DNA of 64,000 nt from a virus. The position numbers and the translations under genes are program-made. Every line of letters begins with the position of its first letter. Position 1 is the first letter of the stretch. Where the stretch lies: IMG/VR virus record IMGVR_UViG_3300009788_000098, positions 21,244-85,243 of that record; one strand, 5' to 3'. A model generated the notes under the pieces. The model searched no databases. It was given only the letters and a program-made list of their open reading frames with translations, and was not told the origin of the DNA. Below are positions 50,453 to 59,797 of this stretch, piece by piece.

Positions 50453-52015
50453 CTATCGTACCTGCCCAGGAAGTGTCCCTGTCAGAATATCTACCAGGCC
50501 ACCTTCAAGCGGGTCATTAGTATCGCTCATCATGGTCTCTTCAGGGCCATCTTTAGCCAACTTTGTGCGACCATCGAGCTTTGCTTCATCGGCTTCTGTT
50601 GCACTGAACCACTGCAATTGCTTTCCCAAGATGACATCTGCGAACAACGCGGACTGAGAAACAGCAGGGGTGTTAGCGAGAGTGTGTTTGACCTGTTCCT
50701 CTATGTCTTTCTCTTTCTGGGCAACGGCTTCTGCGACAGGTGCAATCTTCTCGTCAACCATCGTACTAATCTGTTCAGCGAACTGTTTGCCGAATGCTTC
50801 AAAAACAGACTTCAACTGAGCAACTTGATCCTCAGTAAACGCCTGCTCATCCTCGCCTGCGCCCTTCTCAGGGTCAGACTCGGGGGGGTCTGATGGTGCA
50901 TCCTCTTCCTTGCGCTCCATACCAAGGTTATCAGCCATGTCAGAAACACCTTTCAGGCTTTCTGCCAGAGCATTGAGGTCAGCTTCAGAAAAACCATCAT
51001 CAATAAGTTGCTGTCGTTTTTCATCTGTTAATGCCATATTTACCTCCTTTAGTATCGTAAATCCGGCTAGTTTATTAGCGGCAGCCCAAGCAGGGAGAGG
51101 GCTAATTTCTTTAGTTACGTGTTGAATGATTATGGTGGGGTCTTCATCGGAGCGTTTGATATACTGTGCTGGCATACCGTGCGAAACTCCCCACGCTACA
51201 TCACTATTCTGTATGGCAGTCGCTATTGGCTCGGCAATTTTGTTGAAATAGCCCGCCGCAACTGCACAACCGCTTTCTTCGTCATAGGCTACGGTGGTAG
51301 CCTTCCCCAATACCAGTTCAGGACAATGCCACAGCCATAGTTCTGGAAGTGGTGTTTCGCCTTTATCAACCATCTGCACAAAGCCTTTATGGGACTCTGA
51401 TGCGATGATTTCGGGCGGACTGTCCTCGTCACGGATGTTGTTACTGTAAGACGCAATCCACAACATCTGACCATCTTTTCCTTTGAGTATCGTAAATGTA
51501 TTTCTGTTCTTCCCCGCATTTTGCTTCTCTTTTTTGCTAACCAATTTTTTGCCCACCAAGCCAGAGAGACGCTTCATAAAGCCACTGAATACGTTTCGTA
51601 TACCCTTATCATTGTCGATTTCCTCATCAGCAATGACATTATCAACCATCGGCGAAATCATACTTGTAAGTTCCTTGACTTTCTTTTCTTGTTTCTCTAT
51701 TGCTTCTTCCATCGCCTCATACGAAGCATAAGAAATAAGCTCAATAGGTACTCCATTCACCTCGTCTACCTCTTTCTCGGCATCTAATTTTGTGTCAACC
51801 ACCTCTGCATATCCACTAGTTGTAACTGTACTTTCACTCATCTTGAACTCCTTCTTCTCAGCAGTAATCTTTTCGGCAATAATCAAAGCTGCTATCTGTG
51901 CAGTTGCCTTATCACGCGTAGTATGGCAACCCGCCAGCTTGTTATCGGTTTTCTTAACAACAGCAAATGGTTTGCCTTTACATCGAGTATCATTTCTAAC
52001 TATTTTCCAAGGCAT
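50453..52015 (-). CDS. prohead protease/scaffold protein
   Basis: LWLWH, WGVSHG, EISPLP..AAN protease-like core; acidic C-terminal scaffold with internal AAGGAGG start (MALTDEKR). Confidence 0.7.
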   Translation of the reverse strand: MPWKIVRNDTRCKGKPFAVVKKTDNKLAGCHTTRDKATAQIAALIIAEKITAEKKEFKMSESTVTTSGYAEVVDTKLDAEKEVDEVNGVPIELISYASYEAMEEAIEKQEKKVKELTSMISPMVDNVIADEEIDNDKGIRNVFSGFMKRLSGLVGKKLVSKKEKQNAGKNRNTFTILKGKDGQMLWIASYSNNIRDEDSPPEIIASESHKGFVQMVDKGETPLPELWLWHCPELVLGKATTVAYDEESGCAVAAGYFNKIAEPIATAIQNSDVAWGVSHGMPAQYIKRSDEDPTIIIQHVTKEISPLPAWAAANKLAGFTILKEVNMALTDEKRQQLIDDGFSEADLNALAESLKGVSDMADNLGMERKEEDAPSDPPESDPEKGAGEDEQAFTEDQVAQLKSVFEAFGKQFAEQISTMVDEKIAPVAEAVAQKEKDIEEQVKHTLANTPAVSQSALFADVILGKQLQWFSATEADEAKLDGRTKLAKDGPEETMMSDTNDPLEGGLVDILTGTLPGQVR

Positions 52016-52037
52016 CTTTTACCCCAGTTGGGGCAAC

Positions 52038-52140
52038 AAAAAAACGGACGCACCTTTCCCATTTTCAGGGGGTACGTCCGATGTGAACGTTAGTTCTATT
52101 CAGTTATCTTGATTTTACACGTTTATTTGTGTGTTGTCAA
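52038..52140 (-). promoter_or_regulatory. promoter-leader-terminator (attenuator) ahead of head operon
   Basis: TTGACA-N17-TAAAAT, AACTGAATAGAACTAACGTTCACA, GC hairpin + T7. Confidence 0.75.
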
Positions 52141-52178
52141 TACTCAATTTGGACAATTATAGTCCGAATTATCCTGTT

Positions 52179-52454
52179 TCAGGACATTATCTTCTTGAAA
52201 ACAGCTTTTAGGGTGTACGCAAGCTCTTTCTCGGTCATTTCGTTCATTAACATATCAACGCTGACACCCAACTTGGGTTCTAGCGGGATGATTTCAGGTG
52301 GCAACCAGAAGAACGGGATGCCGTTCTGCACCATTACAAGAATGTGCATGAACGATATTCCCTCCTTTTGTTTCGCTGTTGATTGAATACGCAGGAACAG
52401 GTTGTTCCACTGCGGGTTGATTTGTCTCTTTGGTTTGATTGTGTGATCGTTCAT
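52179..52454 (-). CDS. small hypothetical protein next to head-operon attenuator
   Basis: AAGGAG RBS, 91 aa. Confidence 0.6.
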   Translation of the reverse strand: MNDHTIKPKRQINPQWNNLFLRIQSTAKQKEGISFMHILVMVQNGIPFFWLPPEIIPLEPKLGVSVDMLMNEMTEKELAYTLKAVFKKIMS

Positions 52455-52465
52455 GGTTCTCCTTC

Positions 52466-52960
52466 CTAGAATAAATTGAAAGATGCTTTTGCCATTGCCT
52501 TTGCTGTATTCAGTTGAAACGGTATTGTTCTCTTTAGTCTGACAGCAATATCAAAGCGACGTGCTGTAATGCCTTTGCGAGGAGCTGACATAGCTCTACG
52601 TCCCCGCGCAACAACTCTGCCACCGCCCGCACGAGTATTTAGCCGAAGGACACGAGTCTTTGATTGCCAGTCATCTGACATGATTGCCCATCGTTCATCC
52701 GTTCCCCAGTTAAGCCAAGACATGCGTGCTTCATTTGTGAATGCACTCGCAATTAGCCTGCCACCCTTTATTTCTACCTTTTTGGTATATGTAGGTCTTT
52801 CAGAATGTCTTGGGTCAGAACCAGAAAAGTTGTCTGACACCTTGCGAAATTCTTTCTCAATTGCTTTGGTCTCCTTCTCAGCAACTTTCCGCAACTCCTT
52901 CTCGTATTTCGCAATATTCATCTTCTTGGGAATAATTGCTTTCAAACTTATTCGTGCCAT
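52466..52960 (-). CDS. basic virion morphogenesis protein (HK97 gp10/minor head-like)
   Basis: WLNWGT, PRKGITARRF motifs; position. Confidence 0.45.
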   Translation of the reverse strand: MARISLKAIIPKKMNIAKYEKELRKVAEKETKAIEKEFRKVSDNFSGSDPRHSERPTYTKKVEIKGGRLIASAFTNEARMSWLNWGTDERWAIMSDDWQSKTRVLRLNTRAGGGRVVARGRRAMSAPRKGITARRFDIAVRLKRTIPFQLNTAKAMAKASFNLF

Positions 52961-54457
52961 CTACATATCCATCAAGTCTAGTATTTCTAATATTCCCATT
53001 ACCTCAACTACTTCTTCCTCCCTGATATCGTCAAACAAGTCACGTGCAATCGTGCGTAGCAATCTGGGATTAGGTCGCCCACTGAGGTTGTGCATTCCTG
53101 CCGCTACTGCTGGTGCTGCCGTGTAGACTGTGGCAATTGCGCCACCGAAGCTCATTGCTCCTGCATCTGCCTGGAAAAACAAAATCCCGCCACCGGGGAT
53201 AAACAAAGTAGCAAGTACACCTACGAATGTTATTGCACCTGCGAATGATTTCACTCCTTGCTTGGCTACTGTGCCGACAAAGGTTATCGCGCCCGCCAGG
53301 GGTTTTAGCGTCTCTCTAGCTAATGTTCCTGTGAATGTAATTGCTCCGGCAAGGGCCTTTCCTGCACGTGCTAGAACTGTACCCGTGAACGTGATTGCGC
53401 CAGTGATAGCTTTTAGTATGGTAGTCTTGGTGAGAGTGCCTACAAAAGTACTTGCACCAGCGAGTACCTTGAGCGCCTTTCCTATTGCTGTACCGGCGAA
53501 AGTAATCGCTCCTGCAATAGATTTGAATGTCATCTTGATAGCGGTAAGGGCACCATTGAAGGTAATCGCACCTGTGATGTCGTCTGGTATAGTCTTTCTA
53601 GCAAGCGTTCCAACAAAGGTAGATGCGCCAGCTAGTGCTTTCAGAGCTTTGGCAAGGAATGTGCCAACGAAGGTAATTGCGCCTGCTATTGACTGAAACG
53701 CTATCTTCATGCCAGTGACAGCACCGGTGAATGTGATTGCACCTGTGATGTCGTCTGGTATAGTCTTTTTAGCGAGTGTGCCGATGAATGTAGATGCACC
53801 AGCTAAGGCTTTTTGCGCCTTGGCTTTTAGGTTGCCAATAAAGGTTATCTCGCCTGCAACTGCTTGAGGAAATACTGCTGCTTCTACAACATTGATTGAT
53901 GGTGTGTTGTCATAAGCGTTGAGAAGCGTGTTGTCAGCTTGCAACATCCTGACTTCGATATCATCGGCATTATCAACTTGTGCGCTGTCAATAATGAAAA
54001 CTAGCTCGAACTCAGTCTGGTAAGGTTCAGCTCCGGCACTACCATCGTTGCCAAGAGTGACAGCACCCAGTACGTTATTCTCATCCATCTCCCCTGCTGT
54101 CCATTGAGGTGCTGTAGCTGCTAATTGCTCAGTTGTTGCATCGCCATCATTGATAACCCACGTGGTATCTGCTGATGCTGTGAATTGAATAGGAGTTCCT
54201 GCCCCTATGTCAATCCATACGCCAAATCCCTCGCCGCCGTCCAGTCGATATTGGAATTTGAGCGTAAATGCTGCTGTTTCTGTTACCGTTCCCTGGTTGT
54301 CAACTGCAATCTGAAAACGGACACGCTTGATGACATCAACGTCAATGTTGCCACCAGTATTGAGAGCGTATAGCCACGTAGCTCCTGCTTCTCCGCCGTC
54401 ATCGTTGCGAATGCGGAAGAGTGCCTGTTTTATGGTTGGGGGAATTGCCTTACCCAT
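52961..54457 (-). CDS. repeat-rich virion fibre-like protein
   Basis: many ~19-aa AGAITFxG repeats. Confidence 0.6.
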   Translation of the reverse strand: MGKAIPPTIKQALFRIRNDDGGEAGATWLYALNTGGNIDVDVIKRVRFQIAVDNQGTVTETAAFTLKFQYRLDGGEGFGVWIDIGAGTPIQFTASADTTWVINDGDATTEQLAATAPQWTAGEMDENNVLGAVTLGNDGSAGAEPYQTEFELVFIIDSAQVDNADDIEVRMLQADNTLLNAYDNTPSINVVEAAVFPQAVAGEITFIGNLKAKAQKALAGASTFIGTLAKKTIPDDITGAITFTGAVTGMKIAFQSIAGAITFVGTFLAKALKALAGASTFVGTLARKTIPDDITGAITFNGALTAIKMTFKSIAGAITFAGTAIGKALKVLAGASTFVGTLTKTTILKAITGAITFTGTVLARAGKALAGAITFTGTLARETLKPLAGAITFVGTVAKQGVKSFAGAITFVGVLATLFIPGGGILFFQADAGAMSFGGAIATVYTAAPAVAAGMHNLSGRPNPRLLRTIARDLFDDIREEEVVEVMGILEILDLMDM

Positions 54458-54818
54458 ATCTTCGTTCTCCCTTTAGATATGCGCTTTTCAGTTGCAACAT
54501 CTTCTCGTCCATTGATTGCATTATTTTCTTGAACTGTTGGTCGGGGATGTATCTGCCGAATACCACCTTGCGCCAGCCAGGACGTGTAAGATAGTCAAAC
54601 ATGCCAAACTGGTCACCACCGAACCACTGGTTATGTTCATACCAATAGAAGTCCTTCGTGAGTGAGAACCAACCAACATCCTCTCGGAACTGAATTACTG
54701 CTTGAACATCGTCCCAAGGAACATCCTGTGGATCAATATCTAGGTTACTGAGTGTTGACCCGTCCCCGTAGAATACTAGCCATTCAGGATTACCCACCAG
54801 CCGTACAAGTGAGGTCAT
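54450..54818 (-). CDS. hypothetical protein
   Basis: Trp-rich ORF coupled to neighbours; true start probably downstream of 54818. Confidence 0.5.
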   Translation of the reverse strand: MTSLVRLVGNPEWLVFYGDGSTLSNLDIDPQDVPWDDVQAVIQFREDVGWFSLTKDFYWYEHNQWFGGDQFGMFDYLTRPGWRKVVFGRYIPDQQFKKIMQSMDEKMLQLKSAYLKGERRYG

Positions 54819-55401
54819 ATGTAAATTGTATGCTATCGAGATTGACCACGTTGATTGCGCCGAATGTGTGCCTGTCCATCAAGGTCACTCCAGCAGCATT
54901 GTTGAATAATCCATGTTCAGTGATTGCAAACGGGCCAGCAAATGTGACAGTGCCGACACTCTCGTAGATTACAGGTGTGTTCTCAACCTGGTTCCCCACT
55001 GCTCTAGCACCACCGTAAGGAATTCCCAGACCAACATCACCAATAACAGCGCCACCTACACCAGTCCCGCAGTCATGGTGCTTATAATCTCCCCACGTTG
55101 CTGTTTCTGCGATCAATTCATCAACCATGTCCTGACAGAACGCGGTTGTGACTACGCCGTGTGCAACGATACCGAGGTCGTATGACCAACCGGTTAATTT
55201 AGTTACTTTTGCGCTGAGTTGCCCACGCATGATGACAATGCCTGTTAACTTTGTGAACAGTCCGGCAAGGTGATAGATGAACAAGTTCCATAGGTAATTG
55301 GGGCGCAACCTATTCTTGATTGTGTAAGATACTATATCAATATAAGCGGGTATCTTGCGTGCTTTTACTGAGCCTTTGCTCATTAGTTTTGACGATATCA
55401 T
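54790..55401 (-). CDS. virion structural protein (tail-collar-fibre-like fold)
   Basis: ITEHGLFN...LMDR..F..INV...DSIQFTY. Confidence 0.5.
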   Translation of the reverse strand: MISSKLMSKGSVKARKIPAYIDIVSYTIKNRLRPNYLWNLFIYHLAGLFTKLTGIVIMRGQLSAKVTKLTGWSYDLGIVAHGVVTTAFCQDMVDELIAETATWGDYKHHDCGTGVGGAVIGDVGLGIPYGGARAVGNQVENTPVIYESVGTVTFAGPFAITEHGLFNNAAGVTLMDRHTFGAINVVNLDSIQFTYDLTCTAGG

Positions 55402-55404
55402 TTA

Positions 55405-57606
55405 TTACTCCTTAGCTTTCCTTCTCTTTAATCCTATGATCTCACCCATCTCGTTGCGTTCAAGCTCAATGTCTTCGTTGATGCGTTCTTTCTCTTTCGG
55501 AACGTTAACCGTAATGGGTGGTGCGTTGATTTCTTGAGGTGATATATTGACCACCGGGGGCTTTTGTGGAGGGATATTGATTATAGGTGCGTCTTGTTTC
55601 GGGACATTGACCACTGGTGCTGAGACGTTTACAGTAGGCGTTTTCTGTTCAGGAATATTGACTGTAACCTGAGCAGGGGGAACGTCTACTGCAACAACTG
55701 TTGGCGGTTCAGGTTGGTCAAGGGCATCTTGTAATGCACCCAGTGCCTTCCTGATACTGCGTTTCTTAGATTTGCGACTGAATATACTCATTATGCCCTT
55801 TTTAAAATCTCTAGGACTATTCTCTTGGGATAGATTGGCTTCATCCGAAGGGCGAACACCTATCGCTGACTCATCTTCTGCGTTACTATCTGCCCCCTCA
55901 CGGACACCTTGCCGACCTTCAGATGTGATGCCTTGTGCTCGTTCTTGTGCAGATAACTCTTCTTCTTGAACGCTAAGGACTGTCTCATATTGTAGTTGTA
56001 GGTCTCGTAAAGCTGCCAAAGCCTCCCTCGCTCTGCGAGATGCGTTTTGTTTACTCTCATTGGCAATTACCTCCATGGCGACAGGGATTTGCTTCGATAT
56101 TGCGTCTAGCACATTATCAGGGTCGTTCCCGCGGATGTCCAGTGGGTCTGAGATGCCGGGGAGCGCCAAGATAGTTGTGTATTCAGGTTTTTCATTGTAG
56201 AATAGAGTTTCTAGTGGTTTCCCGTTAGGGAGACGACCATCGCCCAGTTCTAGTTCCGCAAACTGAGCAGTGCTAATCTCGCTCTCTCGCACCATGCGTT
56301 CTCGCTCTGCGCGCAAGTCTGTAACACCGACTGCAATGTCTTGCTTACGAGTGAGTGAACGCTCCTTGCGTATCTCAGCCCGTTGTCGATCTTGTGCATC
56401 GTCCTGATAATCAAACACCATCTTGAGATAAGGCGGGAGGAAATAGTTATTGAACATGTGTTCTGTTTGCTGGATAATCTGACCAGGGCCTTTGCCGCGC
56501 TGCTTGATGTGAGAGAGTAGTGCATCTGCCCTTGTAGCCCCACTTTGGGACTGAGGCCATAGTTCTCGTGCATCAACACCGAAGGCAAGGGCAATAGCTG
56601 CCATAGCGATGTCTGTGGATGACTGCTCATCAAAACCGTCCGGGAGTTCTGAGAGGTTGATTAGTGCAATGTCAGGTTCTTCAATGTCGGGGCTGCCGAT
56701 AATAGGCAACATGGCGAATCTGCGTAGACCACGACTGTCTGCAATGTTATCTGTAGTCTGTAGGGCTGTGCCAACTGATTCGGCGTCTAGTCCGCCTTTG
56801 ACTAATAGAATGCCACGTTTGGGACGTGAACCTAGCTTCTCTTCTTTGTAGACCGAAATGTCAAGCATATGTTGGGCGTAGGATGCGGCACGTGAAATAG
56901 CACTGAGTCCCACGCCTAGCATCTCAATGCGCTCTGAAGGAAGTTGGGAGTTATATGCAACTCTTGTCCAGTGTATCTTGCGAAGAGTGCCGTCTGTTCG
57001 TTGATAAACTACTGGATATTTGGGGTTAGAGGTACGCGTACAGCGATTCGGACTCATGTGTGCCACCGATATAGCAGGGCCGAGTAGAGGGCCGACCTTG
57101 TTCTTTGACAGATCGATGATCTCCATAAACCGTCCATTGTCTTGACCAAGCAGGGATTGTAACTGTTTGGAGAAGAATGGTATCCATCCCTCCCCAAACT
57201 CAGCTGATTCGTAAAGGCGGCGCTCAAAGCGAGATGCTTCTCGGAAGTGGGCAGTAATGGCAGGGTCTCGCGGCTCGATATGGAACGGGATTGTCGTTAG
57301 CTTGCTCACCATGGCATACATTGCGCCTGAGAGCAGGTTGACCGACTTCCAGAACTCTGTTAGCGAACTATCCCGCTGCCTTGACCACCACGGGGGAAGG
57401 GTATCAGATGCGAAGTAGAGATATGAGAGGTTGCTAAGCACTCCACCGCCAATTGGGGCTTCGCCTTTGGGACGTGCCTGTAAAGATTGTTGGCGTGCTT
57501 CCTCAACGAGAGGGATATTGGCTTTTACGACCTTGATAGCATTTTTTCCGTTACCACCACTCTCTGCAATCTTTATTGCTTCCTCAGCATCAAAAACACC
57601 TTTCAT
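55405..57606 (-). CDS. portal protein with Pro/Val-rich C-terminal extension
   Basis: first gene of head module, IALAFGVDARELW, PVVNV repeats; AGGAG RBS before 57606. Confidence 0.6.
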   Translation of the reverse strand: MKGVFDAEEAIKIAESGGNGKNAIKVVKANIPLVEEARQQSLQARPKGEAPIGGGVLSNLSYLYFASDTLPPWWSRQRDSSLTEFWKSVNLLSGAMYAMVSKLTTIPFHIEPRDPAITAHFREASRFERRLYESAEFGEGWIPFFSKQLQSLLGQDNGRFMEIIDLSKNKVGPLLGPAISVAHMSPNRCTRTSNPKYPVVYQRTDGTLRKIHWTRVAYNSQLPSERIEMLGVGLSAISRAASYAQHMLDISVYKEEKLGSRPKRGILLVKGGLDAESVGTALQTTDNIADSRGLRRFAMLPIIGSPDIEEPDIALINLSELPDGFDEQSSTDIAMAAIALAFGVDARELWPQSQSGATRADALLSHIKQRGKGPGQIIQQTEHMFNNYFLPPYLKMVFDYQDDAQDRQRAEIRKERSLTRKQDIAVGVTDLRAERERMVRESEISTAQFAELELGDGRLPNGKPLETLFYNEKPEYTTILALPGISDPLDIRGNDPDNVLDAISKQIPVAMEVIANESKQNASRRAREALAALRDLQLQYETVLSVQEEELSAQERAQGITSEGRQGVREGADSNAEDESAIGVRPSDEANLSQENSPRDFKKGIMSIFSRKSKKRSIRKALGALQDALDQPEPPTVVAVDVPPAQVTVNIPEQKTPTVNVSAPVVNVPKQDAPIINIPPQKPPVVNISPQEINAPPITVNVPKEKERINEDIELERNEMGEIIGLKRRKAKE

Positions 57607-57619
57607 GCGTATCTCCTGT

Positions 57620-57634
57620 ACCCACAAGGGGTAA
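57620..57634 (+). repeat. 15-bp direct repeat, left of HNH-MTase cassette
   Basis: acccacaaggggtaa also at 59671-59685; caaggggtaattc at 58457-58469. Confidence 0.8.
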
Positions 57635-57847
57635 TTCGGACAATTTCAGTCTTATTTGTCCATTATAGCATACGCGGGTGATTATTACAAGATTGATTGT
57701 TGTAATTCTTCGTGGTGTATGATATAATACAATTGACCTTGGGCAGATAAAATGAAATATGGAATAATCTTATAAGTTAGCTCCTTGTGCTGTTTGCCTT
57801 TGGTCAGGTATTTCATCAGTATAAGGAGTTTTCTATTGAGGTGTAAT

Positions 57848-58417
57848 ATGTATAAGGCAATAATGACGGAGATGAGAAAAACTGGATTGACATTGAAAGA
57901 AATAGGTCAGATTTTTGGAGAAAGAAAACAAAAAATACACTATATAGTTGGAAACACAGGAAGACTGACGCCGATACAACGTTTCTGGAAAAAAGTAAAT
58001 CGTTTAACATCTGATAATTGTTGGGAATGGACAGGGGCTAAACTTGCTACCAAATATGGAGGAATGGAGATTAATGGTAAACTAATTCGTGTCCATCGTT
58101 ATTCTTGGGAAATAGCCTTTGGCGAAATACCAAAAGGTTTGCATGTTCTTCATAAATGCGACAATCGATCTTGTGTAAATCCCAATCATCTGTGGTTGGG
58201 AACTCACCAAGACAATATGAGAGATCGAGATGAGAAAGGAAGAGGCAAGCCTGGGGGAAAAGAGGGAACTTCTCTTTTATCGCCTAATTTAGTGAGAGCA
58301 ATACGAAGACGGTACGAGAACGGGATGAACTATGCACAAATAGCAAGACTAGTTAAATACAACCCAGGTGCTATTCATCAAATTGTAAATCGCAAGACGT
58401 ACAAACATGTAATATAA
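57848..58417 (+). CDS. HNH homing endonuclease with HTH domains
   Basis: CWEWTG, VHRYSW, VLHKCDNRSCVNPNHLWLGT..DNM.D. Confidence 0.92.
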   Translation: MYKAIMTEMRKTGLTLKEIGQIFGERKQKIHYIVGNTGRLTPIQRFWKKVNRLTSDNCWEWTGAKLATKYGGMEINGKLIRVHRYSWEIAFGEIPKGLHVLHKCDNRSCVNPNHLWLGTHQDNMRDRDEKGRGKPGGKEGTSLLSPNLVRAIRRRYENGMNYAQIARLVKYNPGAIHQIVNRKTYKHVI

Positions 58418-58473
58418 TATGTTTCTGTTCACTTGCCGTACAGATAGGCATTTTGGCAAGGGGTAATTCTACT

Positions 58474-58502
58474 TTGACTTACGATAGAGAGTATGGTAGA
58501 AT
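58474..58502 (+). promoter_or_regulatory. promoter, probably giving leaderless mRNA
   Basis: TTGACT-N17-TAGAAT, ATG 6 nt downstream. Confidence 0.75.
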
Positions 58503-58508
58503 ACAAGT

Positions 58509-59639
58509 ATGAGATACGGTAGCCTGTTTTCAGGGATAGGTGGGTTTGATTTGGGCTTTGAGCGAGCAGGAATGGAATGTATATGGCAAGTTGAAATTGA
58601 TGAGCATTGCAACAAGGTGCTAGGAAAACATTTCCCAAATGTAAGGAGGCGCACAGATGTCAGAGAAGTCGGAAAAGGACTTGAACCAGTTGAGCTTATT
58701 TGCGGGGGCTTCCCCTGTCAAGACCTCTCCGTTGCCGGAAAGCGGAAGGGCTTGGTTGGAGAGCGATCAGGACTTTGGTTCGAGTTCCATAGAATTGTTG
58801 AAGAGCTTACTCCCAAGTGGGTTGTCATTGAGAATGTACCCGGTCTCCTCTCAAGCAACGGAGGGGAAGATTTTGCTATCATCCTTCAAGGGCTGGTCAA
58901 ATGCGGGTATGGCGTGTCGTGGAGGATACTGGACAGCCAGTATTTCGGAGTGGCACAGAGACGCAGACGTGTGTTCATTATCGGAAGTCTTGGAAACGGA
59001 CGTTCCGCAGAAGTATTATTTGAGTGCGAAAGCCTGTCAGGGAATCCTGCGAAGGGCAGAAAAACGAGGGAAGAAGATACCGAAAGAATTACATCGGGTT
59101 TTGGTCACTCAGGCGGGAAAACAGTCAAGCTAAATCCCATTGCTAACACGCTCAACGCACAAAGCGGAAGCAAAACAACAGCTATGATACAAGGAGTAGC
59201 TGTCATTCAACAAAATACTCGTGATGAAGTTAGAGTAGTGGGTGATGGCAAGATAGCAGGTGCATTACCAGCACAGCCAGGAATGAAACAACAAAATTAT
59301 GTAGTATTTGACTGGCAATCCGGCGGTGATGTCCGCCTAAATGTTTCAGACAAACATACAAGTGCATTACAAGCAAGTCAAACACCTGCTGTAGTCATTC
59401 CTGCATTTGATGGTCGTGCAGGCAGACAAACACTCAAATCACAACGGATACCAGAGGTGAGAAGTAGCCTACATGGTGTACGCCGACTAACCCCAACAGA
59501 GTGTGAGCGTCTACAAGCGTTTCCAGATGGGTGGACAGACAAGCAATCAGATACCCAACGCTACAAGCAGCTTGGAAATGCAGTAACGGTCAATGTGACT
59601 GAATGGATTGGCAAACGCATAGTTGCTCAAGTACTTTGA
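58509..59639 (+). CDS. dcm: C5-cytosine DNA methyltransferase
   Basis: LFSGIGG, GGFPCQ, ENV, QRRRR, RLTPTECERLQ, YKQLGNAV. Confidence 0.95.
   Translation: MRYGSLFSGIGGFDLGFERAGMECIWQVEIDEHCNKVLGKHFPNVRRRTDVREVGKGLEPVELICGGFPCQDLSVAGKRKGLVGERSGLWFEFHRIVEELTPKWVVIENVPGLLSSNGGEDFAIILQGLVKCGYGVSWRILDSQYFGVAQRRRRVFIIGSLGNGRSAEVLFECESLSGNPAKGRKTREEDTERITSGFGHSGGKTVKLNPIANTLNAQSGSKTTAMIQGVAVIQQNTRDEVRVVGDGKIAGALPAQPGMKQQNYVVFDWQSGGDVRLNVSDKHTSALQASQTPAVVIPAFDGRAGRQTLKSQRIPEVRSSLHGVRRLTPTECERLQAFPDGWTDKQSDTQRYKQLGNAVTVNVTEWIGKRIVAQVL
58657..59133 (+). CDS. overprinted gene inside the C5-methyltransferase (putative second subunit)
   Basis: AAGGAGG RBS, 158 codons open in +1 frame, SLSEVLE..VP.KYYLS.KAC.GILRRA motif. 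Confidence 0.7.
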   Translation: MSEKSEKDLNQLSLFAGASPVKTSPLPESGRAWLESDQDFGSSSIELLKSLLPSGLSLRMYPVSSQATEGKILLSSFKGWSNAGMACRGGYWTASISEWHRDADVCSLSEVLETDVPQKYYLSAKACQGILRRAEKRGKKIPKELHRVLVTQAGKQSS

Positions 59640-59763
59640 CTTATCTACGTGAGATTTTTGAGCAGATTAGACCCACAAGGGGTAAAAGCCCGTAATCACC
59701 CCCCCCACTAGCGGGTGTTGCCATTGTGTCAACAAGGATGTGCGTTATTGACAGTTATTGCCC

Positions 59764-59792
59764 TTGACATCTAGTTTATAGTATGCTATACT
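59764..59792 (+). promoter_or_regulatory. promoter
   Basis: TTGACA-N17-TATACT with TG extension. Confidence 0.82.
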
Positions 59793-59797
59793 AAATT

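Noticed and set aside
57848-59639. Type II restriction-modification pair
   Set aside because: The HNH is of the phage homing-endonuclease type and each gene has its own promoter; no evidence of cognate specificity
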